From NCBI GenBank assembly GCA_950097015.1, contig CATNEN010000038.1, positions 19,282,001 through 19,346,000 on the forward strand: a stretch of 64,000 bases of DNA. Reading direction: 5' to 3'. A program made the translations under genes and the position numbers. The notes under the pieces were generated by a model that searched no databases, was not told where the DNA came from, and saw nothing but the letters and a program-made list of their open reading frames with translations. Positions 43,901 through 53,764 of the stretch are shown here, piece by piece. This stretch comes from Macrostomum hystrix. Taxonomy: Eukaryota > Animalia > Platyhelminthes. Position 1 is the stretch's first letter, and each line of letters opens with the position of its first letter.

Positions 43901-46338
43901 AAGTCGTTCCTGTCCTGACTTTGCTGGCCCGGCATGAGTTCCGCTTTTAGTTCCGGCCATGCACTGTTGCATGTGAAGGTGATGAAGAGGTCCGGTCTTC
44001 CGTACATTCTCACGTAGGTCATGGCATCCTGTATTCGCTCATGCATGTAGCGCGGGCCACCTGTGAAAGATGATGGCAGAATGATGACCATCTGACCGAT
44101 GTCATTTGGATTTCTCTCATTGGCGACAGCGTCTCGCAGATGGATGTACTCCTCGGCCCTCAGCTTCGTCTGATTAAAGCGGATGAAATTCAGTCGCTCA
44201 GTCTCAATTTTAGCGTACATGTCCACTGCGAACTGAAGCAACAGCTTTCGGCACCTAAGAATGTAGTTGAAGCTTCCTTCTCGGACCATTAGCCTAAAGG
44301 CATAGAAGTCCATTGCTGACACATTCTTTGTCGCCGATGTGTTTCCAGTGCGAATGTCAATTTGCCTGATGTTGATGTGGTACCCATCCTCTCCGTCCCA
44401 GAAAATAAGCGGATACTGCAATGTATCATAGGCTTTGTGCAGCTCAGAAATCCTTTGCAACTGATTGCTTCGCAGCTGCAGAACAATGTCTCGCTTCTCA
44501 AATTCCTGCCCAACAATTTGAATTGCGACATCGTTAACAACTGGTGCGTTATATCTCCTCTCATGCTGGCCTGCAGGCCGTTTATCAGCACGAATGACTA
44601 CTCTGTGCTCCTCTGTGTCCCGTGGCAACCTCTCCATGGCAGTTTTAAATTGACGAACATAATTATTTTTCTCGTGCAGGACTTCCTGTAACTCAAATAC
44701 AATGTTGGCACGCACTCCTGGAGCGATTCTACATCGGCGCTCAACCTGCTCTTGATGATCTCCCATGAAGTAGATCTGCAGGAACTTTGGCTCCTCTCCA
44801 GGCAGTGGTAGCAATGATCCTATGTCATGGTACACCTGACCTTGGACTTTGAATGCAGGCATGAACCCTGGCTCACGGACAATACTTTTAGCTCCAAAAG
44901 AAGTCATTTGAAAGCAGCTGTTGTAGCACCGGATATTAGATAGAAAGTGCTCAGATTCTTCTGTCTCACCCAGCAACAGATGCCGAAGGCATGGTGGCAG
45001 GTTCTCGTTCAAAGGTTCAAGTATGACCTTTCCGTTGGAACAGCACATGCCTGGAGTTTCGTTGGCCCATCTTAATGCATTGCAGCGTGCGCATTTGACC
45101 GACATTCTCGCCATCGCAAGTTTAGGATGGACACCATAGACAACAGTGGGATCATAACTCAGAGCCGCATTCAGTGCCCAAGGACGTGGGCCAGCTGGCT
45201 GATCAGGTTCGTCAACGTTGGGGTTTGTTGGGGCCGGGGGTGGTCCAACAAATTGGAAGGTCTCAGCGCGTTCCCTATGCCGCTCTCGATCATCCTGCCG
45301 ACGCACTTCAGCCTGGTTGGCTGTTTCATTGCGACGGGCCTCGGCAGTCCGGTCTCTGTCCAGTTCTTGGCGCTGCTGTGTCTGGACTGCAGTCTCATTG
45401 CGACGGGCCTCGGCAGTCCGGTCTCTGTCCAGTTCTTGGCGCTGCTGTGTCTGGACTGCAGTCTCATTGCGACGGGCCTCGGCAGTCCGGTCTCTGTCCA
45501 GTTCTTGGCGCTGCTGTGTCTGGACTGCAGTCTCATTGCGACGGGCCTCGGCAGTCCGGTCTCTGTCCAGTTCTTGGCGCTGCTGTGTCTGGACTGCAGT
45601 CTCATTGCGACGGGCCTCGGCAGTCCGGTCTCTGTCCAGTTCTTGGCGCTGCTGTGTCTGGACTGCAGTCTCATTGCGACGGGCCTCGGCAGTCCGGTCT
45701 CTGTCCAGTTCTTGGCGCTGCTGTGTCTGGACTGCAGTCTCATTGCGACGGGCCTCGGCAGTCCGGTCTCTGTCCAGTTCTTGGCGCTGCTGTGTCTGGA
45801 CTGCAGTCTCATTGCGACGGGCCTCGGCAGTCCGGTCTCTGTCCAGTTCTTGGCGCTGCTGTGTCTGGACTGCAGTCTCATTGCGACGGGCCTCGGCAGT
45901 CCGGTCTCTGTCCAGTTCTTGGCGCTGCTGTGTCTGGACTGCAGTCTCATTGCGACGGGCCTCGGCAGTCCGGTCTCTGTCCAGTTCTTGGCGCTGCTGT
46001 GTCTGGACTGCAGTCTCATTGCGACGGGCCTCGGCAGTTCGCTCTCTGTTAAGCTCTCGTCGCCTATCTACGTCTCTGCCGTGACTGGCTGTAGAACTTA
46101 TTGCAGCTCCAGCACTGCTTCCACTGGTGCCTGATGTCTGTGCTCTTGTCCGAGGTCGAAGGTTATAAGGCTGGACTGGCTCAGCTTCATTTTCACTTGA
46201 AGCTGCTTGTGGCTGTGCTGAGGTGCTTGGTCTAGGTACTGCTGTTGTTGCGCCGTCTTCTACTGCATCGTTTGGCCTTGCTGTTGCTCGTCGAGCTGCT
46301 TTAGTCAAGCGACTTAAAAAACTTTTCTTAGGTGGCAT
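40987..46338 (-). CDS. Helitron Rep/PIF1-helicase transposase (1783 aa) with N-terminal STPR-like repeats and zinc-binding motif
   Basis: Rep motifs LFITFTCN, EWQKRGLPHAHILIW (HUH) and YICKYVNK (Y2); helicase motifs DAPGGTGKT, IVWDE, GDFRQ, TINKAQGQSL, HGQLYVACSRV; CARC...CCSNG. Confidence 0.97.
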   Translation of the reverse strand: MPPKKSFLSRLTKAARRATARPNDAVEDGATTAVPRPSTSAQPQAASSENEAEPVQPYNLRPRTRAQTSGTSGSSAGAAISSTASHGRDVDRRRELNRERTAEARRNETAVQTQQRQELDRDRTAEARRNETAVQTQQRQELDRDRTAEARRNETAVQTQQRQELDRDRTAEARRNETAVQTQQRQELDRDRTAEARRNETAVQTQQRQELDRDRTAEARRNETAVQTQQRQELDRDRTAEARRNETAVQTQQRQELDRDRTAEARRNETAVQTQQRQELDRDRTAEARRNETAVQTQQRQELDRDRTAEARRNETAVQTQQRQELDRDRTAEARRNETANQAEVRRQDDRERHRERAETFQFVGPPPAPTNPNVDEPDQPAGPRPWALNAALSYDPTVVYGVHPKLAMARMSVKCARCNALRWANETPGMCCSNGKVILEPLNENLPPCLRHLLLGETEESEHFLSNIRCYNSCFQMTSFGAKSIVREPGFMPAFKVQGQVYHDIGSLLPLPGEEPKFLQIYFMGDHQEQVERRCRIAPGVRANIVFELQEVLHEKNNYVRQFKTAMERLPRDTEEHRVVIRADKRPAGQHERRYNAPVVNDVAIQIVGQEFEKRDIVLQLRSNQLQRISELHKAYDTLQYPLIFWDGEDGYHINIRQIDIRTGNTSATKNVSAMDFYAFRLMVREGSFNYILRCRKLLLQFAVDMYAKIETERLNFIRFNQTKLRAEEYIHLRDAVANERNPNDIGQMVIILPSSFTGGPRYMHERIQDAMTYVRMYGRPDLFITFTCNSAWPELKAELMPGQQSQDRNDLVARVFQLKLKQLMEYITKGAIFGPTRCDMYTIEWQKRGLPHAHILIWLRSRIRPNQLDEVIRAEIPNPDEDPQLYLTVTKQMIHGPCGRLNPNSPCMKDNICSKKYPKALLSETVTGQDGYPLYRRRSREDGGFTTRIILRSHGNEEIDLDNRWVVPYCPLLSKVFNAHINVEYCNSVKSIKYICKYVNKGSDQAVFNIEGPGGIVNEFDEVNRFKSGRYISSNEAMWRIFGFSIHERHPTVMHLSVHLENGQRVYFTEENIQQRAQRPQDTTLTAFFKLCAEDPFARTLLYHQVPAYYTWNASSKGWKRRVQGAAVPGHPEIRQTDALARVYTVHPNHRECYYLRILLHTVIGPTSFRHIRTVEGHTCQTFHEACQRLGLLEDDAQWRATLEEAATVRSPSHLRDLFAIMVATCGLSDPLQLWETFKEPMAEDILFRARFVAQEPELPFTEAVFNEALLRIEDKVLELTDRYLDSFGLPKANRTGQQDNLCREMLRERGYDQEQLGQFIEENEPRLMPEQLEAYRELLRRVNNNVGGMVFLDAPGGTGKTFLINLLLAKVRQRGDVAIAVASSGIAATLLPGGRTAHSALKLPLDLSRAENPLCNIKKNTGTARVLQACKLIVWDECTMSHKLAFEALNLTLKDLRNNNQLMGGITLLLSGDFRQTLPVIPRGTPADEINACLKSSHLWPSVVKLHLRTNMRATIQGDETAHEFSANLLRIGNGLLEISTEDGQSSIATIGTIVQSVQKLKAKVYPNLMVRYADVDWLSERAILCPRNDAANEINYQLLQELPGAVFTYKSIDTTLTDDTAVEYPVEFLNSLDPPGTPSHNLQLKVGAPIMLLRNLNAPRLCNGTRLIVRRLFPHVIEATIMTGSGRGESVFVPRIPIIPTDLPFQFKRLQFPVRVCFAMTINKAQGQSLKVAGINLETPCFSHGQLYVACSRVGTPAGLFIFAPRGRTKNVVYPQDLR
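45326..46040 (-). repeat. 69-bp coding tandem repeat (23-aa STPR-like unit), 10 identical full units; also at 51750-52464
   Basis: ETAVQTQQRQELDRDRTAEARRN repeated. Confidence 0.95.
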
Positions 46339-47025
46339 CTGAAAGTTAGAAGTAGTCCGAATGACAGGGGACCTGTGTTGAAAATTCTTTCTCTTCTCTT
46401 CAGTGGGAGAGGCTAAGCCTCTGTATATTTTAGCAAAGCACTGTACGCCAGCCTCTCTCTTTCTTCTATCCCAGGCTGGCTGGAGAGAAATATCGACTGG
46501 AGAGACAGTCTAGGGGTTTGGGCTGTGTACATTCACGGCTTGAAATACAATGTACAGTCTGGGGCTTCGGCGCCCGGGGAAGGGAGGGGGTGGCTGTAAT
46601 AAAATTTGGCCCGCAGAGTGGCGGAGGGGAGTTGGGGTGGCTGTCCTCGGAAAACAAAAAGTGACTCACTTTGAGATGATGCAGCTTTGCTCTGGATTGA
46701 GTAGAGATGTTCAAAATTGACAGCATTGTTGGAAAACATGTAAAGTGTAAGTGGATCAAATTTGGAGAAAATCTGACAAAGTGGGGCGACGATATGTCGA
46801 ATTGAGTGATATTTTTACGATTTTTGAGCAGTTTTTTGCACTTTTGAGCAGGAAGGAAATGATTTTTCGGGAATTTGAGTAGCCTATTGCACTCAGCGTA
46901 GGTGGTTTTAGGTATGTGCAAAGTTTGGTGCGATTTGGTTGAGCGGTTTCGGCGTCTATAAAGACAAAAGGTTGCACACAGACAGACAGACAGACAGACA
47001 GAGTTTTCACTTTTATATATATAGA

Positions 47026-50000
47026 CTAGCTTTTTTTGCCCGTTGTTTTTGGGGCAGAAATTTAAAGCAAAGCAGTAAGCAATTCACGTCTCTGTATTAA
47101 CTTTATAGTGAAGGTCACCATTTATTTATTTACTGCATTAATGAAAAGTGAAGAGTTTGTTAAAGGGCGTTTTAAGTAAAAAATGGTAGGGGCATCTTAT
47201 TCCCATGATTAAAATTTAGGGGGCGACTGCCCCCCCGCCCCCCCTAAATCTGCCTCTGTATACAGTATGCATGTACACGCGTATACATAAGGAAAATAGC
47301 CATGGCATAACAATAACAATGTCAAAGAAACAAAATTAAACTGTTTCAGAGTTCAGAGTTAGACAGGTCAAGGTCAATTCGTGACTACTTTTCTATTAAT
47401 TGCTTGCGAGTCACCTCAAGTCCTGGGGATACACCACATTCTTCGTTCTTCCCCTTGGTGCGAAAATGAATAGGCCAGCTGGAGTTCCAACACGGGAGCA
47501 GGCGACATAAAGCTGCCCATGCGAGAAGCAAGGAGTCTCCAGGTTGATGCCAGCCACCTTCAGCGACTGTCCCTGAGCCTTGTTAATAGTCATCGCAAAG
47601 CACACTCTCACAGGGAACTGCAGTCGCTTGAACTGAAATGGCAGGTCCGTGGGGATAATTGGAATCCGGGGAACGAACACAGACTCTCCTCTGCCAGATC
47701 CAGTCATTATCGTGGCCTCAATCACGTGTGGGAAGAGCCGCCTGACTATCAGTCTGGTGCCGTTACACAGCCTTGGCGCATTCAGGTTGCGGAGGAGCAT
47801 AATTGGTGCCCCAACTTTCAGCTGCAAGTTGTGCGATGGAGTTCCAGGAGGATCTAGAGAGTTCAGAAACTCAACAGGATACTCCACAGCGGTGTCATCA
47901 GTCAACGTTGTATCAATTGACTTGTAGGTGAAAACTGCACCTGGCAACTCCTGAAGCAGTTGGTAGTTAATTTCGTTGGCGGCATCATTTCTAGGACACA
48001 GAATTGCCCTCTCTGACAGCCAGTCAACGTCAGCATATCGAACCATCAGGTTCGGGTAAACTTTTGCCTTGAGCTTCTGCACTGACTGCACAATGGTTCC
48101 GATTGTAGCGATCGATGACTGCCCATCCTCGGTGCTAATCTCCAGCAGACCATTGCCGATTCGCAATAGATTGGCAGAGAACTCATGAGCTGTTTCGTCT
48201 CCTTGAATTGTAGCTCTCATGTTTGTTCGTAGGTGCAACTTCACAACCGATGGCCACAGGTGAGATGATTTTAGGCAAGCATTAATCTCATCAGCAGGAG
48301 TGCCACGCGGAATCACAGGCAGCGTCTGTCTAAAGTCTCCAGACAGCAGCAGAGTGATACCACCCATCAGTTGATTGTTGTTGCGCAGGTCTTTCAAAGT
48401 TAAGTTGAGTGCTTCAAATGCCAGTTTGTGGGACATGGTACACTCATCCCAGACGATGAGCTTGCAAGCCTGAAGCACTCTGGCAGTGCCTGTGTTTTTC
48501 TTGATGTTGCACAGCGGATTCTCCGCTCGAGACAGATCAAGCGGCAACTTCAGTGCTGAGTGGGCAGTGCGACCGCCTGGCAGCAAGGTGGCTGCAATTC
48601 CAGAGGAAGCTACAGCAATGGCAACGTCGCCTCGTTGCCTGACCTTTGCCAGAAGGAGGTTGATTAGAAATGTTTTTCCTGTGCCACCTGGAGCATCAAG
48701 AAAAACCATGCCACCAACGTTGTTGTTGACTCTGCGCAATAGCTCGCGGTACGCCTCTAGCTGCTCAGGCATGAGTCGGGGCTCATTCTCCTCTATGAAC
48801 TGTCCCAGCTGCTCCTGGTCATAGCCTCTTTCTCGCAGCATCTCCCTGCACAGGTTGTCCTGTTGTCCTGTCCTGTTTGCTTTTGGGAGTCCAAAAGAAT
48901 CTAGATAGCGATCGGTCAACTCCAGCACCTTGTCCTCAATGCGCAGCAGGGCCTCGTTAAACACTGCTTCTGTGAATGGCAACTCTGGCTCCTGAGCCAC
49001 GAATCGCGCCCGGAAGAGAATGTCTTCGGCCATGGGTTCTTTGAATGTTTCCCAAAGCTGAAGTGGATCAGAGAGACCACAGGTGGCAACCATGATGGCA
49101 AAGAGATCTCGCAGGTGACTTGGTGAGCGCACCGTTGCCGCTTCCTCCAATGTCGCTCTCCATTGAGCATCATCTTCCAGCAGTCCCAGTCGCTGACATG
49201 CTTCATGAAAAGTTTGGCAGGTATGGCCTTCCACCGTTCTAATGTGTCTAAATGACGTCGGACCAATCACGGTGTGTAGCAATATACGCAGGTAGTAGCA
49301 TTCACGGTGGTTTGGGTGCACCGTGTACACTCTGGCTAATGCATCAGTCTGTCGTATTTCAGGATGGCCCGGAACTGCAGCGCCTTGAACCCGCCGCTTC
49401 CATCCTTTCGAAGAGGCGTTCCATGTGTAATAGGCAGGCACCTGGTGGTACAGCAAAGTCCTGGCAAAGGGGTCTTCAGCGCACAACTTGAAGAAAGCAG
49501 TAAGAGTAGTGTCCTGTGGCCTTTGAGCACGCTGCTGGATGTTCTCCTCCGTAAAGTATACTCTCTGACCGTTTTCCAGGTGCACACTGAGGTGCATGAC
49601 AGTTGGGTGGCGTTCATGAATAGAGAATCCGAAGATTCGCCACATTGCCTCGTTGGAGCTGATATACCTTCCGCTCTTGAAGCGATTGACTTCGTCAAAT
49701 TCGTTTACTATGCCTCCAGGTCCCTCAATGTTGAACACTGCTTGGTCGCTACCCTTGTTCACGTACTTGCAAATGTACTTGATTGATTTAACAGAGTTGC
49801 AGTACTCAACGTTGATGTGTGCATTGAACACTTTGGACAGTAGCGGGCAGTAGGGAACGACCCATCTGTTGTCCAGATCGATCTCTTCATTCCCATGGCT
49901 GCGTAGAATAATGCGAGTGGTAAAGCCGCCATCCTCACGTGATCTCCGTCGATACAGCGGATAACCGTCTTGTCCTGTCACCGTCTCACTTAGTAGAGCC

Positions 50001-53000
50001 TTGGGATACTTTTTCGAGCAAATGTTGTCCTTCATGCAAGGCGAATTCGGATTGAGGCGCCCGCAGGGTCCATGAATCATCTGCTTAGTGACAGTAAGAT
50101 AGAGCTGAGGATCCTCATCCGGATTGGGAATCTCAGCGCGGATGACCTCGTCAAGCTGATTCGGCCTGATCCGGCTTCGCAGCCAAATCAATATATGAGC
50201 GTGTGGCAGCCCTCGCTTTTGCCACTCAATGGTGTACATGTCGCATCTAGTGGGACCAAAGATGGCGCCTTTTGTGATGTACTCCATAAGTTGTTTCAGC
50301 TTTAGTTGGAACACTCGCGCCACCAAGTCGTTCCTGTCCTGACTTTGCTGGCCCGGCATGAGTTCCGCTTTTAGTTCCGGCCATGCACTGTTGCATGTGA
50401 AGGTGATGAAGAGGTCCGGTCTTCCGTACATTCTCACGTAGGTCATGGCATCCTGTATTCGCTCATGCATGTAGCGCGGGCCACCTGTGAAAGATGATGG
50501 CAGAATGATGACCATCTGACCGATGTCATTTGGATTTCTCTCATTGGCGACAGCGTCTCGCAGATGGATGTACTCCTCGGCCCTCAGCTTCGTCTGATTA
50601 AAGCGGATGAAATTCAGTCGCTCAGTCTCAATTTTAGCGTACATGTCCACTGCGAACTGAAGCAACAGCTTTCGGCACCTAAGAATGTAGTTGAAGCTTC
50701 CTTCTCGGACCATTAGCCTAAAGGCATAGAAGTCCATTGCTGACACATTCTTTGTCGCCGATGTGTTTCCAGTGCGAATGTCAATTTGCCTGATGTTGAT
50801 GTGGTACCCATCCTCTCCGTCCCAGAAAATAAGCGGATACTGCAATGTATCATAGGCTTTGTGCAGCTCAGAAATCCTTTGCAACTGATTGCTTCGCAGC
50901 TGCAGAACAATGTCTCGCTTCTCAAATTCCTGCCCAACAATTTGAATTGCGACATCGTTAACAACTGGTGCGTTATATCTCCTCTCATGCTGGCCTGCAG
51001 GCCGTTTATCAGCACGAATGACTACTCTGTGCTCCTCTGTGTCCCGTGGCAACCTCTCCATGGCAGTTTTAAATTGACGAACATAATTATTTTTCTCGTG
51101 CAGGACTTCCTGTAACTCAAATACAATGTTGGCACGCACTCCTGGAGCGATTCTACATCGGCGCTCAACCTGCTCTTGATGATCTCCCATGAAGTAGATC
51201 TGCAGGAACTTTGGCTCCTCTCCAGGCAGTGGTAGCAATGATCCTATGTCATGGTACACCTGACCTTGGACTTTGAATGCAGGCATGAACCCTGGCTCAC
51301 GGACAATACTTTTAGCTCCAAAAGAAGTCATTTGAAAGCAGCTGTTGTAGCACCGGATATTAGATAGAAAGTGCTCAGATTCTTCTGTCTCACCCAGCAA
51401 CAGATGCCGAAGGCATGGTGGCAGGTTCTCGTTCAAAGGTTCAAGTATGACCTTTCCGTTGGAACAGCACATGCCTGGAGTTTCGTTGGCCCATCTTAAT
51501 GCATTGCAGCGTGCGCATTTGACCGACATTCTCGCCATCGCAAGTTTAGGATGGACACCATAGACAACAGTGGGATCATAACTCAGAGCCGCATTCAGTG
51601 CCCAAGGACGTGGGCCAGCTGGCTGATCAGGTTCGTCAACGTTGGGGTTTGTTGGGGCCGGGGGTGGTCCAACAAATTGGAAGGTCTCAGCGCGTTCCCT
51701 ATGCCGCTCTCGATCATCCTGCCGACGCACTTCAGCCTGGTTGGCTGTTTCATTGCGACGGGCCTCGGCAGTCCGGTCTCTGTCCAGTTCTTGGCGCTGC
51801 TGTGTCTGGACTGCAGTCTCATTGCGACGGGCCTCGGCAGTCCGGTCTCTGTCCAGTTCTTGGCGCTGCTGTGTCTGGACTGCAGTCTCATTGCGACGGG
51901 CCTCGGCAGTCCGGTCTCTGTCCAGTTCTTGGCGCTGCTGTGTCTGGACTGCAGTCTCATTGCGACGGGCCTCGGCAGTCCGGTCTCTGTCCAGTTCTTG
52001 GCGCTGCTGTGTCTGGACTGCAGTCTCATTGCGACGGGCCTCGGCAGTCCGGTCTCTGTCCAGTTCTTGGCGCTGCTGTGTCTGGACTGCAGTCTCATTG
52101 CGACGGGCCTCGGCAGTCCGGTCTCTGTCCAGTTCTTGGCGCTGCTGTGTCTGGACTGCAGTCTCATTGCGACGGGCCTCGGCAGTCCGGTCTCTGTCCA
52201 GTTCTTGGCGCTGCTGTGTCTGGACTGCAGTCTCATTGCGACGGGCCTCGGCAGTCCGGTCTCTGTCCAGTTCTTGGCGCTGCTGTGTCTGGACTGCAGT
52301 CTCATTGCGACGGGCCTCGGCAGTCCGGTCTCTGTCCAGTTCTTGGCGCTGCTGTGTCTGGACTGCAGTCTCATTGCGACGGGCCTCGGCAGTCCGGTCT
52401 CTGTCCAGTTCTTGGCGCTGCTGTGTCTGGACTGCAGTCTCATTGCGACGGGCCTCGGCAGTTCGCTCTCTGTTAAGCTCTCGTCGCCTATCTACGTCTC
52501 TGCCGTGACTGGCTGTAGAACTTATTGCAGCTCCAGCACTGCTTCCACTGGTGCCTGATGTCTGTGCTCTTGTCCGAGGTCGAAGGTTATAAGGCTGGAC
52601 TGGCTCAGCTTCATTTTCACTTGAAGCTGCTTGTGGCTGTGCTGAGGTGCTTGGTCTAGGTACTGCTGTTGTTGCGCCGTCTTCTACTGCATCGTTTGGC
52701 CTTGCTGTTGCTCGTCGAGCTGCTTTAGTCAAGCGACTTAAAAAACTTTTCTTAGGTGGCATCTGAAAGTTAGAAGTAGTCCGAATGACAGGGGACCTGT
52801 GTTGAAAATTCTTTCTCTTCTCTTCAGTGGGAGAGGCTAAGCCTCTGTATATTTTAGCAAAGCACTGTACGCCAGCCTCTCTCTTTCTTCTATCCCAGGC
52901 TGGCTGGAGAGAAATATCGACTGGAGAGACAGTCTAGGGGTTTGGGCTGTGTACATTCACGGCTTGAAATACAATGTACAGTCTGGGGCTTCGGCGCCCG

Positions 53001-53449
53001 GGGAAGGGAGGGGGTGGCTGTAATAAAATTTGGCCCGCAGAGTGGCGGAGGGGAGTTGGGGTGGCTGTCCTCGGAAAACAAAAAGTGACTCACTTTGAGA
53101 TGATGCAGCTTTGCTCTGGATTGAGTAGAGATGTTCAAAATTGACAGCATTGTTGGAAAACATGTAAAGTGTAAGTGGATCAAATTTGGAGAAAATCTGA
53201 CAAAGTGGGGCGACGATATGTCGAATTGAGTGATATTTTTACGATTTTTGAGCAGTTTTTTGCACTTTTGAGCAGGAAGGAAATGATTTTTCGGGAATTT
53301 GAGTAGCCTATTGCACTCAGCGTAGGTGGTTTTAGGTATGTGCAAAGTTTGGTGCGATTTGGTTGAGCGGTTTCGGCGTCTATAAAGACAAAAGGTTGCA
53401 CACAGACAGACAGACAGACAGACAGAGTTTTCACTTTTATATATATAGA
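47026..53449 (-). mobile_element. Autonomous Helitron, copy 2 (6,424 bp), head-to-tail with copy 1
   Basis: Every ORF is offset by exactly 6,424 with an identical translation; 5' TC at 53449 is preceded by A on the - strand. Confidence 0.95.
47411..52762 (-). CDS. Helitron Rep/PIF1-helicase transposase (1783 aa), copy 2
   Basis: Translation identical to 40987-46338. Confidence 0.97.
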   Translation of the reverse strand: MPPKKSFLSRLTKAARRATARPNDAVEDGATTAVPRPSTSAQPQAASSENEAEPVQPYNLRPRTRAQTSGTSGSSAGAAISSTASHGRDVDRRRELNRERTAEARRNETAVQTQQRQELDRDRTAEARRNETAVQTQQRQELDRDRTAEARRNETAVQTQQRQELDRDRTAEARRNETAVQTQQRQELDRDRTAEARRNETAVQTQQRQELDRDRTAEARRNETAVQTQQRQELDRDRTAEARRNETAVQTQQRQELDRDRTAEARRNETAVQTQQRQELDRDRTAEARRNETAVQTQQRQELDRDRTAEARRNETAVQTQQRQELDRDRTAEARRNETANQAEVRRQDDRERHRERAETFQFVGPPPAPTNPNVDEPDQPAGPRPWALNAALSYDPTVVYGVHPKLAMARMSVKCARCNALRWANETPGMCCSNGKVILEPLNENLPPCLRHLLLGETEESEHFLSNIRCYNSCFQMTSFGAKSIVREPGFMPAFKVQGQVYHDIGSLLPLPGEEPKFLQIYFMGDHQEQVERRCRIAPGVRANIVFELQEVLHEKNNYVRQFKTAMERLPRDTEEHRVVIRADKRPAGQHERRYNAPVVNDVAIQIVGQEFEKRDIVLQLRSNQLQRISELHKAYDTLQYPLIFWDGEDGYHINIRQIDIRTGNTSATKNVSAMDFYAFRLMVREGSFNYILRCRKLLLQFAVDMYAKIETERLNFIRFNQTKLRAEEYIHLRDAVANERNPNDIGQMVIILPSSFTGGPRYMHERIQDAMTYVRMYGRPDLFITFTCNSAWPELKAELMPGQQSQDRNDLVARVFQLKLKQLMEYITKGAIFGPTRCDMYTIEWQKRGLPHAHILIWLRSRIRPNQLDEVIRAEIPNPDEDPQLYLTVTKQMIHGPCGRLNPNSPCMKDNICSKKYPKALLSETVTGQDGYPLYRRRSREDGGFTTRIILRSHGNEEIDLDNRWVVPYCPLLSKVFNAHINVEYCNSVKSIKYICKYVNKGSDQAVFNIEGPGGIVNEFDEVNRFKSGRYISSNEAMWRIFGFSIHERHPTVMHLSVHLENGQRVYFTEENIQQRAQRPQDTTLTAFFKLCAEDPFARTLLYHQVPAYYTWNASSKGWKRRVQGAAVPGHPEIRQTDALARVYTVHPNHRECYYLRILLHTVIGPTSFRHIRTVEGHTCQTFHEACQRLGLLEDDAQWRATLEEAATVRSPSHLRDLFAIMVATCGLSDPLQLWETFKEPMAEDILFRARFVAQEPELPFTEAVFNEALLRIEDKVLELTDRYLDSFGLPKANRTGQQDNLCREMLRERGYDQEQLGQFIEENEPRLMPEQLEAYRELLRRVNNNVGGMVFLDAPGGTGKTFLINLLLAKVRQRGDVAIAVASSGIAATLLPGGRTAHSALKLPLDLSRAENPLCNIKKNTGTARVLQACKLIVWDECTMSHKLAFEALNLTLKDLRNNNQLMGGITLLLSGDFRQTLPVIPRGTPADEINACLKSSHLWPSVVKLHLRTNMRATIQGDETAHEFSANLLRIGNGLLEISTEDGQSSIATIGTIVQSVQKLKAKVYPNLMVRYADVDWLSERAILCPRNDAANEINYQLLQELPGAVFTYKSIDTTLTDDTAVEYPVEFLNSLDPPGTPSHNLQLKVGAPIMLLRNLNAPRLCNGTRLIVRRLFPHVIEATIMTGSGRGESVFVPRIPIIPTDLPFQFKRLQFPVRVCFAMTINKAQGQSLKVAGINLETPCFSHGQLYVACSRVGTPAGLFIFAPRGRTKNVVYPQDLR

Positions 53450-53764
53450 TTGCTTACTTCGTCAACTGCAATATGCTTTTGATTATTAATCAACACATGT
53501 TATTATTTTTAATTTACCCTATTAGGCCCTATAGCAGATATGAAACACTAGTGGGCCTAACAATAGTTATTCTACTGTAGGCAGGCATAGTAGGCAGTAG
53601 CAAATTGCAGATTTCCTTGGAGTAAGACACTTTTCAAATACTCAAACTAATTGAATCAGTCTTTTATTTAAATCATTTAAGCAACATTAGGGCCTAATAT
53701 ATCTATTCCATTCAAGCCTCCAGTGGATCAGAAGATTCCCCAATTAAACATGTTTTTTAATAGG

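Larger units (their letters stand above)
40602..47025 (-). mobile_element. Autonomous Helitron, copy 1 (6,424 bp)
   Basis: On the - strand 5' TCTATATATATAAAAG with (CTGT)n; 3' hairpin TGCCC...GGGCA followed by CTAG; flanking T at 40601; intact Rep/helicase ORF. Confidence 0.95.

Noticed and set aside
45127-46134. Antisense and alternate-frame ORFs over the Helitron (and the copy at +6424)
   Set aside because: Shadows of the 69-bp coding repeat and the Rep/helicase ORF.
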